Assembly (NCBI GenBank): GCA_947177795.1
Contig: CAMWVR010000001.1
Span: 6,101 to 70,100, forward strand
Reading direction: 5' to 3'
DNA from: an uncultured Clostridia bacterium
GTDB lineage: Bacteria; Bacillota; Clostridia; Christensenellales; UBA3700
DNA: 64,000 nucleotides
Part shown: piece after piece, positions 19,209 to 29,094 of the stretch
Layout of the letters: every line of letters starts with the position of its first letter
Numbering within the stretch: position 1 is the stretch's first letter
Made by a program: the position numbers and the translations under genes
Notes under the pieces: generated by a model
The model's database searches: none
The model's input: the letters and a program-made list of their open reading frames with translations, nothing else
What the model was told of the DNA's origin: nothing

Positions 19209-20369
19209 ATGAAAATACAACTTGATAAAAATATAGAAACCGCTTTGGCAAAACAATATTCACAAAGAGACGAACTTTTGAGCAAATTCGCCGCAAAAGA
19301 CGCTAAGGCTGTCCGCAAAGACGAATATACTCCCAAGATATTCAGACGGCAGTACATACGCGATTGCGAAGTCGTGCTAAACTTGCCTTTGTTCAACAGA
19401 TACGCAGGCAAAACTCAAGTCTTCTCTCTCCTCGACAACGACGATATTTCCACTCGCGCCTATCACGTCCAACTCGTGTCGAGAATTGCCCGCACGATAG
19501 GTTCTGCCCTGTCGCTCAACTGCGACTTGATTGAGGCGATAGCGTTGGCGCACGACCTCGGACACTGCCCCTTTGGACACCGAGGAGAAAAACTGCTTGA
19601 CAACGTGGCTAAAAGATACGGATATAGATTCTTCCACCACGTGCAGGGCGCAAGATACCTGCTGAGCATCGTCAAAAGCGATTTATCATTGCAAGTAATT
19701 GACGGAGTGCTGTGCCACAACGGCGAAGAGATCTTGCCCTGCTATGCGCCCAACGAAAAGTCTTGCAAAAATTTCGACGATCTGCAAAACAAGCTCGATC
19801 AGGCTTACGTCGGCAAACTCAACGACGCAGGGCTTATGGCAAGCACTCTCGAGGGCTGTCTCGTACGCATATGCGACGTTATTGCGTACGTCGGCAAGGA
19901 CAGACAGGATGCGGAAAAGTTGAGATACGCGCGATTCGACGACTTCTCCGACACGATACTCGGCAAATTCAATCACGAAATTATCTCCTCTCTTTGCTCT
20001 GATATTATCAATAATTCTTATGGAAAAAATCATATCAAAATGAGCGACAATGCCTTTGACGCGCTGATGAAAATCAAGGACGAGAATTACGCTTTGATAT
20101 ACAAGAGCGACCACTCCAAAGTCGACGGCTACAGCGACGGCGATTTGCAAAAGATCGTAGACGACGTCTTCGAGTTGATAATGACAGACTTAAAAGGCGA
20201 AAGAAAAATCGTAGACAAATACTACCGTCCTTACATCTACCCCAACAGCAAAAAGGTCGAGGAATACTTCCAAGAAAATCTAGACTTTCCTCACAGAGTG
20301 GCGATAGATATGATTGCGGGAATGAGCGATAAATATCTCTTGACTTTCCACGAAAAACATTGCAAATAA
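19209..20369 (+). CDS. HD-domain dNTP triphosphohydrolase-like protein (dGTPase family)
   Basis: RAYHVQLVSRIARTIG...IALAHDLGHCPFGHRGE is the dGTPase-type HD motif. Confidence 0.8.
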   Translation: MKIQLDKNIETALAKQYSQRDELLSKFAAKDAKAVRKDEYTPKIFRRQYIRDCEVVLNLPLFNRYAGKTQVFSLLDNDDISTRAYHVQLVSRIARTIGSALSLNCDLIEAIALAHDLGHCPFGHRGEKLLDNVAKRYGYRFFHHVQGARYLLSIVKSDLSLQVIDGVLCHNGEEILPCYAPNEKSCKNFDDLQNKLDQAYVGKLNDAGLMASTLEGCLVRICDVIAYVGKDRQDAEKLRYARFDDFSDTILGKFNHEIISSLCSDIINNSYGKNHIKMSDNAFDALMKIKDENYALIYKSDHSKVDGYSDGDLQKIVDDVFELIMTDLKGERKIVDKYYRPYIYPNSKKVEEYFQENLDFPHRVAIDMIAGMSDKYLLTFHEKHCK

Positions 20370-20376
20370 TACGCCG

Positions 20377-21111
20377 TCAATCATTGTAATGCGTATAATC
20401 GATATACTTTCTGTCCAACGCTTTGCTGTGTTCTTTATACAGCGGATCGAGCGTCGACAGCAATCCGTAAAAATCCTTATCGTGATGAATATGATAAAAA
20501 TGGCAAAACTCGTGCAATATGACTGAATCAATGAGTTCAATCGGCGCATAAATCAATCTGAAGTTGAGCGTAACGACGCCTTTGCTCACGGCGCAAGTTC
20601 CCCAAGTGGACACGCCCTTTTTTATCTTGAGTTGATAATTCCCTGCGAATTTATCTTTATGCAAAAACTTCAAATATGAAAATCTGTCGGCAAAAATCTT
20701 GTTTGCCTGCGACTTATACCACTTATCCAGCAAAGCTCTCTTATCTTCAAAATCCCACAGATCGTATACCGTCATGAAGATATAATCCCCTGCGGACTGC
20801 ACTTTTCTCTCGGCTCCCTCTTTTACCATGAGCGTATATTCTTTGCCAAGATACAAGAACTTTTCGCCCGTCATATACTCGTATCTTTCAAGCGACGTGG
20901 CGTTTTGCAAAATGCTCTGTTGCGACTTCTTTATCCAATCCAAGTTTTTTTCAATAAACTTCTCGACGTCGGCTATCGGAGTGTGAAAAGGACATGATAC
21001 CGTCACTTCGCACTTCGAAGTGATTCTCATTCGCATATTGCGCATCTTCTTGCGCGTCAAAATATATTGGATATTCTCCTGTCCCAATTGCAGAGTACGT
21101 CTTTCGCTCAT
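20377..21111 (-). CDS. YgjP-like (DUF45/SprT-like) metal-dependent hydrolase
   Basis: WGTC motif followed by the zinc site HEFCHFYHIHH (HExxH). Confidence 0.75.
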   Translation of the reverse strand: MSERRTLQLGQENIQYILTRKKMRNMRMRITSKCEVTVSCPFHTPIADVEKFIEKNLDWIKKSQQSILQNATSLERYEYMTGEKFLYLGKEYTLMVKEGAERKVQSAGDYIFMTVYDLWDFEDKRALLDKWYKSQANKIFADRFSYLKFLHKDKFAGNYQLKIKKGVSTWGTCAVSKGVVTLNFRLIYAPIELIDSVILHEFCHFYHIHHDKDFYGLLSTLDPLYKEHSKALDRKYIDYTHYND

Positions 21112-21229
21112 AATATAATTCTAGCATTTTTAAATTGCATTTGCAATTAACTTACTATTTTAATCCATTTTGTCCATAATATTTATAATAAATTATACTT
21201 TTATGATATTGCTAACGAATATATAATTA

Positions 21230-21238
21230 TGGTATAAT
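21230..21238 (+). promoter_or_regulatory. extended -10 element (TGGTATAAT) upstream of the mannosidase gene
   Basis: TGnTATAAT match about 60 nt upstream of ATG 21300. I found no convincing -35. Confidence 0.3.
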
Positions 21239-21299
21239 ATGCATTGATAGAAAATATATTCGGCGGCAACAAAAGCGTAAACGCCTAAGAGGAGAACTA

Positions 21300-24200
21300 A
21301 TGGGATACGATAAAAAAGTCATCGTAAAAAAAGCCTTGTCCAAATCTGGACATATCTTCAATATATGGGATCTGAAATGCTCTATCAACAAAAAGGTAGG
21401 CGACCTCAAAGCAGAGGTAATCAAAAGCAAAGAGCCTATCAAATGGGACGATCTCGATAAAAGCGCCTTTAAACCTATCAAGCAATGGCAGGCTTGGGGC
21501 AAACGCAAAGAATACGCAGACAGTTTTGATTGCGCCTGGTTCCACTTCACGGGACAGGTACCGCCCAAGGCAAAGGGCAAAAGCGTGATATGCAGAATCA
21601 AGTTGCAAGGCGAAGGCTTGGTATTCAATCCCGACGGCATTGTTTTGCAAGGTATCACCCAAGTGCTTAGCAAAGGCGACGTCTTCCACTCCCTCATTGC
21701 AAAACAGCGCATAGATATCACGGACAATTCGACGGGCGACGAAAAAATAGACCTATACGTCGACGCAGGGTTCAACGGCAAGTTTAGAATACGCAAATGC
21801 ACGGCGCACTTGAGACGCTGCGATATATGCATACACGACGAAGAGATAAATCAATATTACTACGATTATATCGATCTTTTCTTCATCATGACCGTGCTCG
21901 ATAAAGACAGTCAAAGATTCAAAGAGATAGACAAAGCTCTTAAGCAGAGCTATAAAGTATACAAAAAGCAAGGAGCAAGCGCGGCAAGAGAGTTCTTAAA
22001 ACCCACTATAGAAAAAAAGCCCGAGTACCAAGCGACGACTTATTACTGCATAGGTCACGCGCATATCGACCTCGGCTGGCTTTGGCCTATACGTGAAACA
22101 AAGAGAAAAGTCGCGCGCACTTTTGCAAATCAAATTCGCAACCTTGCAATATACGACGGCTTTTATTTTGCCGAGTCCCAACCGCAAATGTTCGAGTGGC
22201 TGCACGAAGAATACCCCGAACTCTTTGAGAGAGTAAAAAAATACGTTCTCGAAGGCAGAATAGAACTTCAAGGCGGTATGTGGGTAGAAAGCGACACCAA
22301 TCTCACAGGCGGCGAGTCTTGGATAAGACAGTGCCTTTACGGTCAGAAATATTGGAAAGATAACTTTGATTTCAAGTCGAGAATGTGTTGGCTTCCCGAC
22401 GTATTCGGATTCCCCGCTACTCTTCCGCAGGTGCTCAAAAAGAGCGGAATGGATTACTTCATGACAATCAAGTTGACGTCCAACGATTTCAACAGATTCC
22501 CCTACCGCTCCTTCAACTGGGTGGGACTTGACGGCACCAAGTTGCTTGCGCATATGGAGCCGCTCGGCGATTACAACGCAGGCAACTCTCCTCTTGCGAT
22601 CATAAGGTCGGAAGACAGATATTCCGAAAAAGATATATGCGACAAGGCGCTTTTGATATACGGCGACGGCGACGGCGGCGGCGGTCCGGGCGAAGGTCAC
22701 CTAGAATATATGATGCGTCACCAAAAGAATATCGACGGATTGGCGCCTTGCAAAACTTCTCCCGCAGTCAATTTCTTTGACGATATAAAAGATATGGCGG
22801 ATAAGTTGCCTACGCACGAAGGCGAGCTTTATTATGAAAGACACCAAGGTTGTTACACTTCGCAAGCTGACGCAAAGAAATGGAACAGGCGTATCGAAGA
22901 AAAACTGCACAAACTCGAATGGCTTGGCGCAGTGGCTTTCTTGCAGGGTATAAATTACGACAGACAAAAAGTCGAAACGATTTGGAAAGAAGTGTTGTTG
23001 TATCAATTCCACGACATACTCCCCGGCTCGTCCATTAAGCGAATTTACGACGAAGCGTACGCAAGATACAAGATTATGTACGACGAACTGTCGGAGATAG
23101 AAAAGACGATTTTGGAAGCTCTGTCTACGGAAAAATCTACGAGCGCCGTCAATCCCGTCGACTTTGACAGAAGCGAATACGTCAAGGTGGGAGACGAATG
23201 GTATCTTGCCGATCTCAAGGCGCATTCTGTCGGCAAACTCACGCCGGCAAGTCTTGACACAAGTCAATTCGTTTACGACGAAAAATCTATTGAAAACGCA
23301 AAACTCAAAGTGACTTTCGGCGAAAACGGCGAGATAATCTCTCTCATCGACAAAGCCGAGAATAAAGAACTCGTCAAGGAGTATTTCAACAAACTCGTCG
23401 TATACTCCGACCCGTTCAAGTATTACAACGCTTGGGATATATCTTGGGGCAAAGACAAAGACACCAATTATATGATGATGAAGAAGTGGGAGTTTAAGTT
23501 GACGTCCTCCAACACCTATATCGACGGAGCGTATCTCGTGAGAGAAAACTCATTTAATTACCACGACTCGTCTATAGTGCAAAAAGTCACGTTGAGATTA
23601 GACGGCGATATGGTCAATTTTGACACCGCAGTAGATTGGCATGAAGAACTCAAAATGCTCCGCGCAGACTTCGTACCCACCGTCTTTGCCGACAACGTCA
23701 AGTGCAATATACAATTCGGCAACTTCGACCGCACGACGAGCGAAGACGACAAGGACGAAGATTACAATCCAAAGTGGGCGCAATTCGAAGTATGCGCGCA
23801 CAAGTTCGTCAATATCGACGGAGAGGACTACGGTTTTGCGCTACTCAACAATTGCAAGTACGGTCATCGAGCAAAGAGCGGTTTTCTGTCGTTGGCGCTG
23901 CTCCGCTCGCCTATTTTCCCCGACCCGACTTGCGACAGAGGTTCTCACTCTTTTAGTTACGCTATCTATCCGCATAAAGAAAAGTTCGAAGACACAGACC
24001 TCATGGCAAAGGGATATTGCTTCAACAATCCTATAGACGTCATCGAAGAAGATCTTGAGATAGACACGCTCGTCAAATTCGACAGCAAAAATATCGTCGT
24101 CGAAACTATCAAAGTTGCCGAAGACCAAGAAGGCATAATCGTCAGAGCGTACGAAAGCCTCGGTCAAAAAGTCAAAACTTCTTTGGATATCAACTTCGAC

Positions 24201-24311
24201 AACTCTTCTGTCTACGAATGCGATATGCTGGAGAATAAAGAGAAATTCGTCAAGGGTACGACCTTTGAATTTACCCCTTACGAAATCAAGACGATCTATA
24301 TCAAAAAATAA
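21300..24311 (+). CDS. GH38 alpha-mannosidase
   Basis: GHAHIDLGWLWPIRETKRK is the GH38 catalytic-site region. 1003 aa. AGGAG RBS. Confidence 0.9.
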   Translation: MGYDKKVIVKKALSKSGHIFNIWDLKCSINKKVGDLKAEVIKSKEPIKWDDLDKSAFKPIKQWQAWGKRKEYADSFDCAWFHFTGQVPPKAKGKSVICRIKLQGEGLVFNPDGIVLQGITQVLSKGDVFHSLIAKQRIDITDNSTGDEKIDLYVDAGFNGKFRIRKCTAHLRRCDICIHDEEINQYYYDYIDLFFIMTVLDKDSQRFKEIDKALKQSYKVYKKQGASAAREFLKPTIEKKPEYQATTYYCIGHAHIDLGWLWPIRETKRKVARTFANQIRNLAIYDGFYFAESQPQMFEWLHEEYPELFERVKKYVLEGRIELQGGMWVESDTNLTGGESWIRQCLYGQKYWKDNFDFKSRMCWLPDVFGFPATLPQVLKKSGMDYFMTIKLTSNDFNRFPYRSFNWVGLDGTKLLAHMEPLGDYNAGNSPLAIIRSEDRYSEKDICDKALLIYGDGDGGGGPGEGHLEYMMRHQKNIDGLAPCKTSPAVNFFDDIKDMADKLPTHEGELYYERHQGCYTSQADAKKWNRRIEEKLHKLEWLGAVAFLQGINYDRQKVETIWKEVLLYQFHDILPGSSIKRIYDEAYARYKIMYDELSEIEKTILEALSTEKSTSAVNPVDFDRSEYVKVGDEWYLADLKAHSVGKLTPASLDTSQFVYDEKSIENAKLKVTFGENGEIISLIDKAENKELVKEYFNKLVVYSDPFKYYNAWDISWGKDKDTNYMMMKKWEFKLTSSNTYIDGAYLVRENSFNYHDSSIVQKVTLRLDGDMVNFDTAVDWHEELKMLRADFVPTVFADNVKCNIQFGNFDRTTSEDDKDEDYNPKWAQFEVCAHKFVNIDGEDYGFALLNNCKYGHRAKSGFLSLALLRSPIFPDPTCDRGSHSFSYAIYPHKEKFEDTDLMAKGYCFNNPIDVIEEDLEIDTLVKFDSKNIVVETIKVAEDQEGIIVRAYESLGQKVKTSLDINFDNSSVYECDMLENKEKFVKGTTFEFTPYEIKTIYIKK

Positions 24312-24328
24312 TCGATCCAACAATTTAA

Positions 24329-24366
24329 ATACCCCTTGAACTTTTATAATTCAAGGGGTATTTTTG
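24329..24366 (+). terminator. rho-independent terminator
   Basis: ATACCCCTTGAA-cttttataa-TTCAAGGGGTAT followed by TTTTT. Confidence 0.85.
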
Positions 24367-24411
24367 CGTCAGGCAACGTTTTTTATACTTTCCCGAATGC
24401 GATTTTATTAT

Positions 24412-24624
24412 TTAAATATCGGTAAGTCCCAATAAATAATCGGCGGAGACGTTGAGTATCTTGCATACCTTTATCAACTTTTCGTAATCCATTTGGTACC
24501 TTCCGCTCTCGTATGTCTGATATTGTTGCAAAACAATGCCTAGCATTTCACTTATTTCCCTTTGAGTGAGTTTGTTTGCCTTACGACATTCCTTTAATCT
24601 TTTGCCGACTTCTATATTTACCAT
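24412..24624 (-). CDS. XRE-family HTH transcriptional regulator
   Basis: GKRLKECRKANKLTQREISEMLGIVLQQYQTYESG...VSADYLLGLTD. I chose the internal start MVNIEVGK at 24624. The upstream part of the track ORF is AT-rich leader. Confidence 0.8.
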   Translation of the reverse strand: MVNIEVGKRLKECRKANKLTQREISEMLGIVLQQYQTYESGRYQMDYEKLIKVCKILNVSADYLLGLTDI

Positions 24625-24753
24625 AAAAATATTGTAGTATATTACACTGTATTTTTCTTGACTTGCAGTGCTTTGCACTGTATAATTAAAAATAATAACC
24701 ATTTAAATTATAAGCAATAAAAATTTTTATATTATTGCGCAAAGGAGGAAATT

Positions 24754-26121
24754 ATGGAATGTTATCACTGCGGACAGGAAAACAATGACGGCGCCGTATT
24801 TTGTAAGCAATGCGGTCAACGCATCGACGGCAAAGAACAATGCCCCTCGTGCGGTCAATTGATCGATTGCGACTCTATGTTTTGCGAATATTGCGGTTGC
24901 AATATCCAAGAGGCAAACAATGACGACGTCGATATAAAAGACGGAGCTTATGCGGAAAAACCTTTTGCAAACAAATTGACAAGATTAAGAAGAAAAGGCG
25001 AAACTTGTTGCGGGATTTTTTCTTTGGCAGCAGTGTTTTTCTCACTACTCTTTACGTTCTTTATCGGCATCAGCTTTTCGGACGCAAAGATAGTGGGCTC
25101 GGAAGCGGCAGTTATGCCGTCTTTAGAAGTAAATTTATATTATTACTTCGGCGAATGTTATAAGCAAATCGATTTGATTAAGGACCTCGGGCTCCCCGAT
25201 TTCTGTATGTCGCATTATTATTTCTACGCAATATTCGGCACGATATTTTCTTTGGCAATAATGCTTAGCGTAGTAATTCTCGCAATAGTTACGCTGACGA
25301 AATATATAAACTACGTTAAAAACGATAGCGAAAACACGTATTTTAAATATGCGCTTGCTACGTATATCGCTTATATTTTAGGGCTGACGCTTTTCTGCGC
25401 CTTTAACGGCAATTCAGCAAGAATCGGCAACGAGATTGTAAGCTTTAAACCAAACGCTTACTCTATATTCGGCATCGTATTGACGACGGTATGTATCATA
25501 CCTGCGATAGTGGGCAAAACTTCGACTTTGGGCAATCAACTCTCTGCGCAACGCAACGTGTCCAAAATATCTTTTGCCGCATTAAGCGTAGTGACGCTGG
25601 CATTTTTGGCAATACTCACGGCAATGCCGTCAATGACCGTCACCGCAGAAAGCAACGAGACAGTTCATTACAACTTCTTTACTGCATTGACGATGGTAGC
25701 GACGATATTTATATTCAAAGAACCTACGGTTTCTCCCGTAACGGGATTAGTCGCTTACCCCGACCCTCCGACAGAACTGTATACGAACTTGCTGTTTGCG
25801 CTTATCTTTCAAGTAGCGATAATAATCATTGTTTCAATAATGATCGTCGCATATATCCACAGCATGTCAAACGACAAGAAGAATCGTTCTTTTGCAAAAG
25901 TCGGCGCAAGCGTCGCGGTTGCGTTGTTGGCTATAATCTATTTGATTGTGACCGTCAACGCTCAAGGTCAATATATCGAATATATATCTTCCGATACCGA
26001 CGATATATCCGCAAACGTGATAAATCTCGTAATGATAGCGATAATAGGCATAGCTCAACTCGTCATATCTATTTCTCAAGCCGTGACGAGTCACCGAATA
26101 ATAAAACGCAGCGACTATTAA
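24754..26121 (+). CDS. double zinc-ribbon membrane protein
   Basis: N-terminus CYHCGQEN..FCKQCGQ...CPSCGQ...FCEYCG is followed by multiple hydrophobic helices. GGAGG RBS. Confidence 0.8.
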   Translation: MECYHCGQENNDGAVFCKQCGQRIDGKEQCPSCGQLIDCDSMFCEYCGCNIQEANNDDVDIKDGAYAEKPFANKLTRLRRKGETCCGIFSLAAVFFSLLFTFFIGISFSDAKIVGSEAAVMPSLEVNLYYYFGECYKQIDLIKDLGLPDFCMSHYYFYAIFGTIFSLAIMLSVVILAIVTLTKYINYVKNDSENTYFKYALATYIAYILGLTLFCAFNGNSARIGNEIVSFKPNAYSIFGIVLTTVCIIPAIVGKTSTLGNQLSAQRNVSKISFAALSVVTLAFLAILTAMPSMTVTAESNETVHYNFFTALTMVATIFIFKEPTVSPVTGLVAYPDPPTELYTNLLFALIFQVAIIIIVSIMIVAYIHSMSNDKKNRSFAKVGASVAVALLAIIYLIVTVNAQGQYIEYISSDTDDISANVINLVMIAIIGIAQLVISISQAVTSHRIIKRSDY

Positions 26122-26134
26122 TTACAGACTGATA

Positions 26135-26170
26135 AAAACACAGCGCTCCATACGGGGCGCCGTGTTTTTT
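26135..26170 (+). terminator. rho-independent terminator
   Basis: CACAGCGCTCC-atac-GGGGCGCCGTG followed by TTTTTT. Confidence 0.7.
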
Positions 26171-26215
26171 AGGGGGTAAATTACAAAATCTATATTAGAT
26201 ATGTGTAAAGCTGAA

Positions 26216-27229
26216 TTATTTGCAGATCTCGTCAAGTCTGACGGGTCTGCCCTCTTGCAAAGACTTCTTTGCGGCAACGCCTATTACCACTGCCTGCAAT
26301 CCGTCTTCAATGCTGACGGGTACTTCTTTGTCGTTGACGATACAATCAACAAATTGATTGATTTCATTTACGTATGCTTGCATATATCTCTCCAAGAAGA
26401 AAAGCAAAGGCTTCTCTGCCGTTACGCCGTCACTGTTGGAAATGACAGCGTTGGAAGCGCAGTCGTTGGATATCGCAACTTGACCGAGTTCGCCAAAGGC
26501 TTCGGCTCTTTGATCGTATCCGTAAGTAGCTCTGCGGCAGTTGTCGATGACTGCCAAAGCGCCGCTCTTAAGTCTCAACGTAATCACGGCAGTGTCAATA
26601 TCTCCCGCTTCGCCAATAGCCTTGTCGACCATTACTCCGCCCATAGCGAATACGCTCTCGACCTCTTCTCCCGACAGGTATCTTACCATATCAAAATCGT
26701 GAATAGTCATATCAAGGAAGATTCCGCCGCTTACCTTGATGTAAGACACAGGAGGAGCGCCGGGATCGCGAGAACATATCTTAAGCACGTTGAGCGCGCC
26801 TATCTTGCCTTGCTTGACAGCCTCTCTAACCGCCATAAAGTTGTGGTCAAAGCGACGGTTGAATCCCACTTGATATTTGACCTTGCTGCCCTGCAAAGCC
26901 TTCTTAACTTCATTGATTTTTTCAATATCGTGATCTACGGGCTTTTCGCAGAACACGTGCTTGCCCGCCTTGATAGCTTCGATAGATATCGGCGCGTGCG
27001 TGTCGGTTGACGAGCAAATAAGCACTGCGTCAATTGCCTTGTCGTTGAGAATATCTCGATAGTCCTTGGTCGTCTTCTCGACTCCCATGCTCTTGAGCCA
27101 TTTCTCCGTCTCTTCATTCATAAACGGGTCGGCAACGCTCTTTACCGTTGCGCCCTTTGCGTAACACATAATTGATTCGCAGTGAACTTTGCCTATTCTG
27201 CCTGCGCCGATAATTCCTATATTTATCAT
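26216..27229 (-). CDS. iolG: inositol 2-dehydrogenase (Gfo/Idh/MocA family)
   Basis: MINIGIIGAGRIGKVH Rossmann start after a GAGG RBS, as the last gene of the iol cluster. The track ORF adds 14 N-terminal codons that I do not use. Confidence 0.8.
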   Translation of the reverse strand: MINIGIIGAGRIGKVHCESIMCYAKGATVKSVADPFMNEETEKWLKSMGVEKTTKDYRDILNDKAIDAVLICSSTDTHAPISIEAIKAGKHVFCEKPVDHDIEKINEVKKALQGSKVKYQVGFNRRFDHNFMAVREAVKQGKIGALNVLKICSRDPGAPPVSYIKVSGGIFLDMTIHDFDMVRYLSGEEVESVFAMGGVMVDKAIGEAGDIDTAVITLRLKSGALAVIDNCRRATYGYDQRAEAFGELGQVAISNDCASNAVISNSDGVTAEKPLLFFLERYMQAYVNEINQFVDCIVNDKEVPVSIEDGLQAVVIGVAAKKSLQEGRPVRLDEICK

Positions 27230-27278
27230 AACTTTACCTCTATTTGTTGTCGCATTGCGACAGTTATTCATACTGATT

Positions 27279-27375
27279 TAGATTTCTCCGCTCGGTCGTA
27301 AGGAGCGCAGCGACGGCATAGCGAGCGAGCAGGTGCGTCTTGCGCGAGCGTCAATGACATTGGAGTATTGACACA
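27279..27375. repeat. intergenic repeat cluster B (variant R unit)
   Basis: TAGATTTCTCCGCTCGGTCG ... TCAATGACATTGGAGTATTGACAC shares its ends with the R units of the other clusters. Confidence 0.6.
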
Positions 27376-27397
27376 TTATATAATACTACCTCGCTTG

Positions 27398-27528
27398 AGC
27401 GAGTGCGGAGAGTGGTGCGTTTTTCGCTTTAGCAAGGGCGAGCGGTATCGTCAAGTGTACTTGCCGTACACGTCGATACCCCGAGTCCCGATGATCAAGC
27501 GGAAGGCGCACCGCTATATGCGTCTCGC
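27398..27528. ncRNA. structured ~125-nt repeat element, copy 1
   Basis: 27404-27518 matches 50165-50279 with only 2 substitutions. The internal stems are AGTGGTGCG/CGCACCGCT, GGTATCG..CGATACC and GTGTAC-ttgcc-GTACAC. It abuts the iolA stop codon (27529). Confidence 0.5.
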
Positions 27529-29037
27529 CTAAATAGTGCCGTCCCAGGTAGATACCTTCGTCGACTTCGCCTCATGCTCGTCAAACCAATGCGTAGTGAC
27601 GGTCTTGCTGTCGGTATAGAACTTGAACGAATCTCTGCCGAGGCAATGGAGATCGCCGAAGAATGAATACTTATGTCCAGTAAAGGAGAATACGCCTACG
27701 GGTACGGGAATACCTACGTTGACGCCTACCATACCGCCGTGGGTATTGCGGACGAACTCTCTTGCGTAATATCCGTTTTGCGTATAGATTACCGAACCGT
27801 TGGCAAACGGATTTGCATTCATTACTTCAAGTCCCTCTTCAAAGTTCTTGACTCTCTTTATGCAAAGCACGGGTCCGAATATTTCTCTTTGACCCACCGT
27901 CATTTCGGGAGTCACGTTGTCGAGAATGGTAGGTCCGAGGTAGAATCCGTTCTCAAATCCTTTGACCGTCGTCTTTCTGCCGTCGAGCACCATTTTAGCG
28001 CCCTCGTCGATGCCCTTCTGTATCCACGCCTCGACGCTCTTCTTGTGCTCTGCGCTGTATACGGGACCGAGGTTGGTCGTCTTGTCATATGCAGGACCGA
28101 CTTTGATATTCTTTGCCAAAGCCACGAGTTTTTCCACGAGTTTATCTGCGATACTCTCTTGAGCGACTACTACAGGCAAAGCCATACATCTCTCGCCTGC
28201 GCAACCGTAAGAGGCGTTGATAATACCTGCCGCCGTTCTGTCCAAAGCGGCGTCTTCAAGCACTAGAGCATGGTTCTTTGCCTCGCAAAGACATTGCACT
28301 CTCTTACCGTGCTTAGCTGCCGTTTCATAGATATATCTGCCGACAGTCGTCGAACCGACGAAAGTTATGCCTACGACCTTGGAGTTGGAAATGAGTTCTT
28401 GCGTGTCGTTGCGGTCGCAACTTACGATATTAAGCACGCCGTCGGGAAGTCCCGCTTCGCGGTAAAGCTCTGCGATTCTCAAAGACGTCATAGGAGTTGC
28501 GCCTGCCACTTTGAGTACGATTGCGTTGCCGCAAGCAATACATACCGGAGCCATCCAGCCCATGGGTATCATTGCCGGGAAGTTAAACGGCGCTATGCCC
28601 ACGAATACGCCCATAGACTCTCTATAAAGCACGGTATCGTATCCCGCAGATGCGTCCATGAGGCTTTCGCCCTGCAAAAGCGACGGCATGGAGCAAGCAA
28701 GTTCAGTGCCTTCCTTTGCCTTGAGAATATCACCCTTGCTCTCTTCCCAATTCTTGCCGTGTTCCGTTGCGCAAAGCTGCGTAAGCTCGTCCATATGCTC
28801 GATGAGCAAATCTCTTACCTTATAGAGTATCTGCACTCTCTTTATCACAGGTACTTTAGACCACTTTTTGTACGCCTCGTGCGCATTGTCTATTACTTTG
28901 CTGACCTCTGCCGTCGTACAACGGGGCATTTGCGCGATCTGCTCGCCCGTGGACGGATTGAAAACGGGATAATACTTATCCGTCGTCGATTGAACGAACT
29001 CGTTGTTGGTAAAATACCCGAGTGTCTTTATTGCCAT
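27529..29037 (-). CDS. iolA: CoA-acylating methylmalonate-semialdehyde dehydrogenase
   Basis: 502-aa aldehyde dehydrogenase with FNPSTGE and the catalytic region CAGERCMA, in iol operon context. Confidence 0.85.
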   Translation of the reverse strand: MAIKTLGYFTNNEFVQSTTDKYYPVFNPSTGEQIAQMPRCTTAEVSKVIDNAHEAYKKWSKVPVIKRVQILYKVRDLLIEHMDELTQLCATEHGKNWEESKGDILKAKEGTELACSMPSLLQGESLMDASAGYDTVLYRESMGVFVGIAPFNFPAMIPMGWMAPVCIACGNAIVLKVAGATPMTSLRIAELYREAGLPDGVLNIVSCDRNDTQELISNSKVVGITFVGSTTVGRYIYETAAKHGKRVQCLCEAKNHALVLEDAALDRTAAGIINASYGCAGERCMALPVVVAQESIADKLVEKLVALAKNIKVGPAYDKTTNLGPVYSAEHKKSVEAWIQKGIDEGAKMVLDGRKTTVKGFENGFYLGPTILDNVTPEMTVGQREIFGPVLCIKRVKNFEEGLEVMNANPFANGSVIYTQNGYYAREFVRNTHGGMVGVNVGIPVPVGVFSFTGHKYSFFGDLHCLGRDSFKFYTDSKTVTTHWFDEHEAKSTKVSTWDGTI

Positions 29038-29094
29038 TACTATATCCTCCTAATTCTAACCTATTGTATATTGTATAATGTCCGACTGAGTCGG

